From Promethearchaeota archaeon (GTDB lineage: Archaea; Asgardarchaeota; Lokiarchaeia; Sigyniarchaeales; SOKP01), in NCBI GenBank assembly GCA_016839555.1, contig JAEOUA010000010.1, positions 96,001 to 160,000 on the forward strand: 64,000 nt of DNA. The letters run 5' to 3'. This document shows, piece by piece, positions 41,742 through 49,496 of this stretch; within the stretch, counting starts at the first letter, position 1, and each line of letters starts with the position of its first letter. The notes under the pieces are model-generated. The model searched no databases. It saw only the letters and a list, made by a program, of their open reading frames with translations, and was not told where the DNA came from. Made by a program: the position numbers and the translations under genes.

Positions 41742-42986
41742 TTAATAGTTAAATTGCTTTAATCGATCAACTGTAGTATACAATCGTTTGCCTCCTCTGC
41801 GGAGATAATCCATTGCCTCTTCTATTCCCTCAATAGTCAAATTATACATAGGGATAAGGCTGGAAATTATCCTTCTGGTCCAAGGTTGCCATTCGAATCT
41901 AATAAGTTCTGGATTAAGCCAGACGGTATTATTCTTAAAATGATCTTTAATTTCTCTTAAATAATAGATGCCCGGCATTTCATTTCGATGATAATAGTAT
42001 ATTGATCCATATCGTTCGGTAAGTTCCCATGAGGCCATGGCAGCATCGCCAACTATTACAATTTTGTAATTCTTATCGTATTTTTTAAGAAATTCATCAA
42101 AATCGATGGCTTCTTCGGGATTTCTCTGAGCATTTTCATAAAGAGTTTCATAAATACAATTATGAAAATAGTAATATTTAAATTTCTTCCAATGGGACAT
42201 GTTATTGGCTGCAGAAAAGAGCTTATTTACTAAATGAGCATATGGCGTCATCGAGCCACCCACATCCATTAATAAAAGCAGCTTTACATTATTTTTTCTT
42301 CGCTTTTCAAATACAATTTCAATATCTCCCCCGTTTTTTGCAGTTTTATCAATGGTTTTATCAATATTAAGCTCATCTAACTTACCGATTTCTTCCAATT
42401 TTCGTAGCCGCTTAAGAGCTACTTTAATTTGTCTCGTATCTAATACAATATCCTTGCGATAATCTCGAAATATCCTTTTTTGGGCAATTTGTACTGCCAT
42501 GCGCATTCCTGAGCCCCCACCTAGTCTCATTCCCATCGGATTGCGTCCTGAATGCCCGAATTGGGCTTCACCTCCAGTACCTATCCATTGATTCCCAAAA
42601 TTATGCTCTTCATCTTGTTTTTGCATTAGCTCCTCAAAATGTTGTTGAAGTTCTTCTATGTTAAAATTCATTTGCAAAAATTCTTGTAGTTCTTTTCGAT
42701 ATTGTGGATCAATTTCATCTAAATCTAATGGCTTTTCTAACCAATCCCAGATTTGTTGCTTAATATCATCCGGAAATTTTAATTGGGCATCCTTAAAAAA
42801 ATTCGCAAATGCTATATCATATACATCAAATTGATGCTCATTTTTGCAGAAAATCGAACGAGAAATATAATAAAATTGTATCATATTGCTAATTAAACCT
42901 TTATCGAGCGCTTCCATTAGGGTCATGTATTCTATAAGGCTTACAGGTAAGCGCTCTTTAAGGTAGTAAAAGAATTCAACAAACAA
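41742..42986 (-). CDS. VWA-domain CoxE-like partner of MoxR AAA+ ATPase
   Basis: WIGTGG, LLMDVGGSMTPY (MIDAS-like), YFHNC, VGDAAM, WLNP; directly downstream of the AAA gene. Confidence 0.9.
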   Translation of the reverse strand: MFVEFFYYLKERLPVSLIEYMTLMEALDKGLISNMIQFYYISRSIFCKNEHQFDVYDIAFANFFKDAQLKFPDDIKQQIWDWLEKPLDLDEIDPQYRKELQEFLQMNFNIEELQQHFEELMQKQDEEHNFGNQWIGTGGEAQFGHSGRNPMGMRLGGGSGMRMAVQIAQKRIFRDYRKDIVLDTRQIKVALKRLRKLEEIGKLDELNIDKTIDKTAKNGGDIEIVFEKRRKNNVKLLLLMDVGGSMTPYAHLVNKLFSAANNMSHWKKFKYYYFHNCIYETLYENAQRNPEEAIDFDEFLKKYDKNYKIVIVGDAAMASWELTERYGSIYYYHRNEMPGIYYLREIKDHFKNNTVWLNPELIRFEWQPWTRRIISSLIPMYNLTIEGIEEAMDYLRRGGKRLYTTVDRLKQFNY

Positions 42987-43064
42987 CTTTTTATTTTCAC
43001 ATCCCCATTTTCGCTTTATTTCTAATTATAGAAATAGGTTTTTAATTATTACATCAATAATAAA

Positions 43065-44008
43065 TTATGTTGGAAATTTGAGCTTATCCAAGGCAACCTC
43101 TAAGTCTTTTTCCTTTTTTATTAGGGTGCCTAAAAATGGAAAGCTATTCTTAAATTTCTCTATTGAGATGCCGCTTTTGAGCAATACTCCAATCCAATCT
43201 AATAATTCTGAAGTGGAGGGCATTTTACGTAGATTTGTAATTGCTCTTAGTTGGTAAAATTTCTTAATACATTCATTTAAAAGGTTATCTTTCAAATTAG
43301 GATAATGGATCTTACAGATCTCCCTCATGAACTCTTTATCTGGAAATTCAATGTAATGAAAAACACATCTTCTTAAAAACGCATCGGGTAATTCCTTCTC
43401 ATTATTGGATGTAATTATAACAATAGGTCGATGTTTAGCTTTGAAAAATTCATCTGTTTCCTTTATATAAAATTCCATTACGTCTAATTCCTGAAGCAAA
43501 TCGTTCGGAAATTCTATTTTCCGTAGAATATAGTCAGTTATATTCTATATCGGCTTTATCGATTTCATCGATAAGAAGAACGACTTGCTCCTCAGATACA
43601 AATGCTTGTCCTAACGGTCCGAGCTCGATATAATCATGGATGTTATTTACATCCCTCTCCTCGCTACCAAACCTACTATCGTTTGATCTCCAAGTTATAA
43701 TTTAACTTTGAATTAATCTCTTAATAGTATCATATTGGTAGCAGCCAAAAATTGCTTCACTGGTCGATTTAATGTTCCATATTATCAATCTTTTACCTAT
43801 GGCTTCTGCTATTGCATGTGCAAGGAGAGTTTTTCCCGTTCTGGTAGAAATTAACATATTAAAATCTATTTCCAGGCTCTCCTTTTACGAGCAATGGTCG
43901 AGCTAAGGCTATTGACACATTTACTATGTTTTGTAGCTGCGGATCTGCGATATATTTTATGTTTGCGGTATTTACATTTCCTTCGAATTGATTAAAGGTT
44001 TGACTCAT
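43065..44008 (-). CDS. MoxR/CoxD-type AAA+ ATPase, 4 exons (44008-43870, 43838-43713, 43682-43549, 43517-43065), 283 aa after splicing
   Basis: Exon lengths 139+126+134+453 = 852 nt = 283 aa + stop: MSQTFNQFEG...RPLLVKGEPG^TGKTLLAHAIAEA...YQYDTIKRL^NDSRFG...VVLLIDEIDKAD^IEFPNDLLQELD...IITSNNEKELPDAFLRRC... The ORF track calls only most of exon 4. Confidence 0.9.
43518..43548 (-). other. Putative BHB intron 3 (31 nt) just after Walker B
   Basis: ATAGAATATAACTGACTATATTCTACGGAAA; helix GCCG/CGGA (one G.A), bulges AU^A and AA^A, perfect 9-bp stem UAGAAUAUA/UAUAUUCUA. Confidence 0.85.
43683..43712 (-). other. Putative BHB/BHL intron 2 (30 nt, in-frame TAA)
   Basis: TTCAAAGTTAAATTATAACTTGGAGATCAA; helix GAUU/GAUC, bulges AA^U and AA^A, intron stem UCAAAGUUA/UAACUUGGA, exon stem UACUAUU/GAUAGUA. 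Confidence 0.85.
43839..43869 (-). other. Putative BHB intron 1 (31 nt) inside Walker A
   Basis: ATAGATTTTAATATGTTAATTTCTACCAGAA; helix CUGG/CCAG, bulges AA^A and AA^C, intron stem UAGA/UCUA, exon stem AAGGAGAG/CUCUCCUU. Confidence 0.88.
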
Positions 44009-44368
44009 ATTTTTTAAAATTATAGAAAAATTAAATATTTTTTTACTTTCTCTTAAAGAATCATTAATAATTTAATTAAATATGAAAATCGATTATAGCT
44101 AATCGATAGAAATTAAAACAGCTTTCAAAAAAATAAAGAAAAACAATTAAATGGATTTCTTAAAAAAAGATTTAGAGCCATTCCACAATTGGTGAGCAAT
44201 CTAATCTTTCCAAGTGTTTAAGGTTGACTTATATTACCACTATTTTTGGGTTCTTTTATGAATATAAATACTTGGTGAATCCAATCTATTTGCTAAAACA
44301 ATAAAAAGAAAAAAAAAGAGATTAAGATTTATATGTATTTGATAAATCTTCAAATTTTTATCAAAACT

Positions 44369-45472
44369 TTAAGTTGATAGTCCACCATCGTTTATAGTCC
44401 ACTTTTTAGTAGTCTCAAGGTAATTATGGGCATGTTGAGCATCGCTGCTATATTGTACACTGCCTACCCCAAGAGTGACACTTTCTTGCAATGTTGTTAA
44501 ATTTGACCATCCAATGAGCAAGCTATCATAATTCTCAGGTGTTAATGCACTATAGTTGAACATTGCGGTCATATCTGTGACGCTTGACACATTCCAGCTA
44601 CTAATATCCTGGTTAAAAACACCAGCACCAAAGAACATATAGCTCATATCCTCAACTTTTGACACGTTCCAGCTACTAATATCCTGGTTAAAATCATAAG
44701 CACTACCAAACATGCTACTCATGGTTGTCACACTCGATACGTCCCAATTCCCAATATCTTGATTGAACGTATTAGCACCTGTAAACATGCTACTCATGGT
44801 TGTCACACTCGATACGTCCCAATTCCCAATATCTTGATTGAACTTATTAGCATAAAAGAACATAAAGTTCATATCTTCGACATTCGAGACATCCCAGCTA
44901 TTCATGCTTGGTACGGTATCAAGAGTAGAGCAATGCCGAAACGCAAAAGATAAATCAGTTGTTCCTGTTAAATCCAAAATGTCCGTTGCTGTAATATTAA
45001 GATTAGAGCACCCATAAAAGTAGCCACCTGAATTTCCTAATCGTAAAGAACCCCATTGCTTAATTTCAAGCAGTTTATCTTTATCTCCTCCGTAATGAAA
45101 TCTCCAGCCAATAATTTTTCCAGTGATACTAATGGTATATACACCTTCTGAAGCATATGTGTGATTTACTTCAGATTGGTTCCACTTCATGATCGTGGCA
45201 TTAGTCCCATCACCCCAGTAAACAGTAAAATTATATTCTCCAAATTCTTCCAAAGGTAATTGCACTTCATCGGGATTAGTTGTCCCAGATTTTGAAGTAT
45301 TCCATACTGAGATAAATGCGTTTTCTGGTACTTGATCCCCTCCGGGAGGTAATAAGAATAAATTGCCTTCCTCTGCTTCTCGCGGCCAGAAAGCGATTGA
45401 TAACCCAATAGCTACTCCACCCACTATTAACACAGCGATAATTACCACTGCAAGTGTTTTTTTACTAATCAT
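44369..45472 (-). CDS. Membrane-anchored BspA/DUF285 repeat surface protein with PKD-like domain
   Basis: N-terminal TM; YNFTVYWGDG...HTYASEGVYTISITG; 25-aa repeats FNQDIGNWDVSSVTTMSSMF. Confidence 0.9.
   Translation of the reverse strand: MISKKTLAVVIIAVLIVGGVAIGLSIAFWPREAEEGNLFLLPPGGDQVPENAFISVWNTSKSGTTNPDEVQLPLEEFGEYNFTVYWGDGTNATIMKWNQSEVNHTYASEGVYTISITGKIIGWRFHYGGDKDKLLEIKQWGSLRLGNSGGYFYGCSNLNITATDILDLTGTTDLSFAFRHCSTLDTVPSMNSWDVSNVEDMNFMFFYANKFNQDIGNWDVSSVTTMSSMFTGANTFNQDIGNWDVSSVTTMSSMFGSAYDFNQDISSWNVSKVEDMSYMFFGAGVFNQDISSWNVSSVTDMTAMFNYSALTPENYDSLLIGWSNLTTLQESVTLGVGSVQYSSDAQHAHNYLETTKKWTINDGGLST
44560..44930 (-). repeat. 75-nt-period intragenic repeats (DUF285 units; boundaries approximate)
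   Basis: 61-nt identical blocks at 44708-44768 and 44783-44843; 27-nt identical blocks starting at 44592 and 44667. Confidence 0.85.
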
Positions 45473-45832
45473 CTCGGATCACCTATTAAATAATACTAAC
45501 TTAATTATAAACCTAGCTAAAAATATTTTTGATTATAGTGTACTTATCTTGTAATTTTTTATGGAAAAAGTATAATTTTTCGAATTTTATAAGCTGGTAG
45601 ATTTATCTTTTTATACAAAAAAATTTAAATTTTTAAGAATATAAAACAAAATCACTACTAAAAAAATTGGGATATAAAAAGAGGTTAAAACATATATATT
45701 ATTTTAGTTAAATCTAAAGATTCATTATTAGCTCAATTTTAGATGAAAGAAGATTTTTTATAATTAATAGAATTTTAAAAGAAAGTGTAAAATAATAAAG
45801 AAAAAGAATTTAATAGGTTTTATAAAAAATAC

Positions 45833-46186
45833 TTAGAGCCATTCTACTGTAGATGAGCAGCCTAATCCTTCTTGATCTTTAATTCTTCCATAAACAAGGA
45901 ACGAGGCACCCTCATAACCACATTCGGGGCATTTATTTTTTGCTACTAATTCTACTAAGTCATCAATCACAACAGCATGGTTAACTGAGGCAGATACACC
46001 AAAAGGAGTAAGTACTTCTAGAAAGCCTTTCTCACCGACATCTTCTATGGGATCCAGAGATTCTAAATCTCTAATAATAATTCGAGCTTGAGGCGGTGTG
46101 TGAAAAATAAAATCTTGATATTTATCCGACCAATGGCTGCCAAAAAATCTTTTCCTTCCAATTCCCTTATTAAATTCCAGAACCAT
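45833..46186 (-). pseudogene. C-terminal fragment of a LuxE/acyl-protein synthetase-like gene
   Basis: FHTPPQARIIIRDLESL...GEKGFLEVLTP...VVIDDLV...CPECG...GRI...GCS; only ~110 bp upstream before the thioredoxin gene. Confidence 0.6.
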
Positions 46187-46298
46187 TTTCAGTTAAGAAA
46201 AAAACTAAAACTGGCACCATAATTTGATGGTAATTTTAAACAAATTTCATTTTAAATGGTTAAATCTATACCATCAATCCAACATAAAATAGGCAGAT

Positions 46299-46643
46299 TT
46301 ACATTTGTTTAATAATCTCTTTTAAAATTAATTCACCTGTTGCTCCAATCATAACTCCATTTTTGACCATAATATACCCCTCGATTTTTATCTCTTTTTC
46401 TAAAAGCTTTCCATCTTTAAAAAATAATAAGGTAGGAACACTTGTTATGCCTAATGATGTTACTAAATCAGGTTGCTGATAAAGGTCAATTTGAATTAAA
46501 TTAATTAATCCTTTATCCCGAAATTTTTCAAGTAGCGGAGATAGAATTTTACATGGTTCGCACCATTCAGAAGAAATATCAACAATTAGTTTTCCTTTTT
46601 TAGCTCCCTCTATCCCAAATTTTTTAAGATCTTCGAGTTCCAT
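46299..46643 (-). CDS. Thioredoxin family protein
   Basis: WCEPC; ITSVPTLLFFKDG. Confidence 0.88.
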   Translation of the reverse strand: MELEDLKKFGIEGAKKGKLIVDISSEWCEPCKILSPLLEKFRDKGLINLIQIDLYQQPDLVTSLGITSVPTLLFFKDGKLLEKEIKIEGYIMVKNGVMIGATGELILKEIIKQM

Positions 46644-46666
46644 AAATAATTCAATTCTTTATGTAA

Positions 46667-47476
46667 TTAAAGTTTATTTCCGCAATAATGACAATATATT
46701 GCTTCTTTAAGATTTTCCGCGCCACATTTTTCGCAAATCATAAATTCTTTATCTGGTTTTTCTTTCGACATTTCTTCATATTTATCATATAGAGTATTAA
46801 GCTTTTTTCTTTTAAGATTAAGTTTATATTTATTGATATTTTTTCCAATCAATTCTATTATGCTATTCCATTTATCCCATTTAACGGAAGGTAATTTAAG
46901 AATAGATTCATTGCTCTTTGGATTAAATATAGATTTTCGATCTTCTATTAATACATTTTCATTCCCTTTTTCAAGATTAAATTTAAGGTCATTTAATTGT
47001 TTTTTAAGCTTTCTTTTTTTGATAAAATTACTCTTTGCTTTCTCTACTAAATAATTTATGAAATCCTCTTTTAATATAATCAAATTATTTTCATTAGATC
47101 TAAAGCACTTTTCATCCATTAAAATATTAGCCGCTACAAATTCCTTTCTTTCTTTAATTTTTTCCTCGATTTTTCGTTTTAATTCCTCTATTTTTAAATT
47201 AATTTCATTAGCATTTATATTTTGAGAAAAATTGTTTTTTATTTTCCTCTTTTCATTATTTATATTACTCCATCTTGGTCTCCTATAATTGCTAGGAGGA
47301 TGTTGAATATTTGGCTGGCGAATTATATTATTATAAAGAGCATATCGAAGAACTGTTCTATTATTTAAGCAATAAGAATTACGGTTATGTCCCCTTCTTC
47401 TCATCTTAATTATACACCTCTTTTTAATTTTATTTTTAAAATTAAATTTAGATTTTTTCAAATAATGAATAATCAT
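46667..47476 (-). CDS. Hypothetical basic/coiled-coil protein with C-terminal zinc ribbon (start may be ATG 47404)
   Basis: C-terminal CEKCGAEN...YCHYCGNKL. Confidence 0.7.
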   Translation of the reverse strand: MIIHYLKKSKFNFKNKIKKRCIIKMRRRGHNRNSYCLNNRTVLRYALYNNIIRQPNIQHPPSNYRRPRWSNINNEKRKIKNNFSQNINANEINLKIEELKRKIEEKIKERKEFVAANILMDEKCFRSNENNLIILKEDFINYLVEKAKSNFIKKRKLKKQLNDLKFNLEKGNENVLIEDRKSIFNPKSNESILKLPSVKWDKWNSIIELIGKNINKYKLNLKRKKLNTLYDKYEEMSKEKPDKEFMICEKCGAENLKEAIYCHYCGNKL

Positions 47477-47552
47477 TCAATATTATTAAATCTTATTGTA
47501 TCAAAAAAAACGTTCTAAAACAAATAGCTCATGAGAAAAAAGGTGTTATATT

Positions 47553-48077
47553 TTAGGAATTAATAATTTGATTAGTAAGTCTCGATAAGTCTTTCATTGC
47601 CTCTGTGTCTTCTTTAACATCTCCTTTATGAAGTCCATAACCAATTACTCCAGGAATTTTTTTAACCTTTAAACGAGATAAATATTCTTCCATCTCGTGG
47701 ATTCCTGCCCCAATATCCCTTCTTCCTACAATAATATAAGAACCGATTTTTCCCATAAGCTGCCCTTTTCTGAGATGCCAAGTTCTTTCCATAAAGGCTC
47801 TTAAGCGTGATGCGATACCTCCCATAAAAATAGGCGAAGATAAAATAATTACATCAGTTTCTTTGAGCTTTTTATACATCTCTTGCATATCATCTTTAAT
47901 AGAACACTCATCATTTTCCACGCAATAATAACATTCTTTACAAGGACTAATTTCGTAATCTTTTAAAAAAATAATTTCTACCTCATTACCCTTATTTAAT
48001 TTTTTAGCTAAATCTTCTAAAAGGTATGCTGTATTTCCATCTCTTCGAGGTGAACCTAGGATTCCTAATATTTTCAT
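47553..48077 (-). CDS. Flavodoxin-fold iron-sulfur flavoprotein / NADPH-dependent FMN reductase
   Basis: GSPRRDGNT, CKECYYC...CSIKDDM, SPIF. Confidence 0.9.
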   Translation of the reverse strand: MKILGILGSPRRDGNTAYLLEDLAKKLNKGNEVEIIFLKDYEISPCKECYYCVENDECSIKDDMQEMYKKLKETDVIILSSPIFMGGIASRLRAFMERTWHLRKGQLMGKIGSYIIVGRRDIGAGIHEMEEYLSRLKVKKIPGVIGYGLHKGDVKEDTEAMKDLSRLTNQIINS

Positions 48078-48216
48078 ATCTTTTATCTAAACTTTATTTT
48101 TCTCCTTTTTATCTAAATAAGTAAGGGGTATATATATATTTTATGAATGATTATTCAATATGAAATAACAAATAATATTTTTAATTCTACCTTATGACAA
48201 TATAGGAAAATCAAAC

Positions 48217-49008
48217 ATGCCGCCTATACCAAAAAGAAAAATTGTCTGTTTTGCTGGTAAAGGAGGAGTTGGAAAATCTACTTCAGCCATTTTATTCTTA
48301 AAATATCTTAATTCAAAATATCCTGATCTCAGAAAAATAATAATCGATGCGGATCCTGACGCAAATATTTTAGATCTTCTTAATAAATCGCTAAGTTTTT
48401 ATGATACAATAGGAGGAAAAATAGCTACTTTGCATAAACAGCTTGCAAGAAAAGCATTACCCCCGAATACTTCAGAAAAAACTTTAATTGAGAATCTAAT
48501 ATTTCAGAGTATAATAAAATTTGACAATTATGACCTAATTGTGATGGGGCGAAGGGAGGGGGAAGGATGTTATTGTTCCGTCAATAATATTCTAAAAAAT
48601 ATAATTAACATATTTGAAGATATTTATGATATAGTAATTATCGATTCTCCTGCAGGACTAGAGTTTTTTGCGCGCAAAACTTCTACCAATGTAGATGATT
48701 TGATTTTAGTTGTTGATACCAGTAAGATGAGTTTTCATACTATTCAGAGATTAATGACTATAAAAACAGAATTAAGTCTAAAATTTAAAAAAGTGTGGGT
48801 TTTAGTCAATAAATTCTCTCTGGAAAATAAAGAAACTTTCCTTGAAAGAATTAAAGAATTTTCCAATGGTGAAGCAAAATTACTCGGTTTTTTAGCTAAA
48901 GACACAACGATTCAAGAGTTCAATTTATTGCAGAAATCTTTACTTGATTTGCCAGATAATAATCCTCTATATCAAGATTTTAAATCTTTTGCTGCTAAAA
49001 TAATATAA
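48217..49008 (+). CDS. cooC: CooC/AcsF-like nickel-insertion ATPase
   Basis: GKGGVGKST, IDADPD, GEGCYC, IDSPAGLEFFAR. Confidence 0.85.
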   Translation: MPPIPKRKIVCFAGKGGVGKSTSAILFLKYLNSKYPDLRKIIIDADPDANILDLLNKSLSFYDTIGGKIATLHKQLARKALPPNTSEKTLIENLIFQSIIKFDNYDLIVMGRREGEGCYCSVNNILKNIINIFEDIYDIVIIDSPAGLEFFARKTSTNVDDLILVVDTSKMSFHTIQRLMTIKTELSLKFKKVWVLVNKFSLENKETFLERIKEFSNGEAKLLGFLAKDTTIQEFNLLQKSLLDLPDNNPLYQDFKSFAAKII

Positions 49009-49133
49009 ATCATTAAGAAAAACCCTTTACATTAAAGTATTAAAAATCCATGAGTTATATATCTTTTATTTGAAAAACTTATATTATTTCATTATCTAAA
49101 AATAAATATAATGTCAAATTCAAAAGGAAAATT

Positions 49134-49472
49134 ATGAAATTTAATTTAAAGGATAATTGTATCAATTGCGGTAAAAAGGAATTTTATTACGGCCCAAAAC
49201 TCAATAAAAATATTAAGGGTGTATATCTTGGTATGGGATTTTTGGGGCCAAAAGAAGAAAATAGAAAAGTAGGTCCTGGAAGAAAACATAAAGAAATCAT
49301 ATTGGTGGTAAACGGGAAGATTAAGATTATTTCCAAAAATGCGGAAATAGTCTTAGAGGAAGGAGAAGTTTATTTTATACCCGATGGGCAGAAAATTAGG
49401 TTAAGTAATTTGGTGAAACAAAGATCTTACTTTATCATCGCAGGAGGGCATACGAAACATCATAGCCATTAA
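49134..49472 (+). CDS. Cupin-fold protein
   Basis: HKEIILVVNGKI...LEEGEVYFIPDG; C-terminal HTKHHSH. Confidence 0.65.
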   Translation: MKFNLKDNCINCGKKEFYYGPKLNKNIKGVYLGMGFLGPKEENRKVGPGRKHKEIILVVNGKIKIISKNAEIVLEEGEVYFIPDGQKIRLSNLVKQRSYFIIAGGHTKHHSH

Positions 49473-49496
49473 AAAAGGTTTAAAATTGAAAGTGTT

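Noticed and set aside
43065-43499. ORF-track call of a 144-aa protein starting at TTG 43499, or reading the locus as a frameshifted pseudogene
   Set aside because: It is only part of exon 4. The upstream exons are lesion-free, and three independent inserts all obey BHB geometry and restore the frame exactly, which random decay or sequencing error would not produce.
43518-43869. Inserts as spliceosomal introns, group I/II introns, inteins, programmed frameshifts or selenocysteine recoding (TGA in intron 3)
   Set aside because: No GT...AG ends; far too short for ribozymes or inteins; they contain stops; read-through of the TGA would still be out of frame.
44560-44930. 75-nt repeats as CRISPR or a DGR template/variable repeat pair
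   Set aside because: They encode 25-aa DUF285 units; differences are not adenine-specific; no reverse transcriptase nearby.
46187-46298. Hairpin upstream of the LuxE fragment as another BHB intron
   Set aside because: No bulge-helix-bulge geometry found, and no room for upstream exons before the thioredoxin gene.
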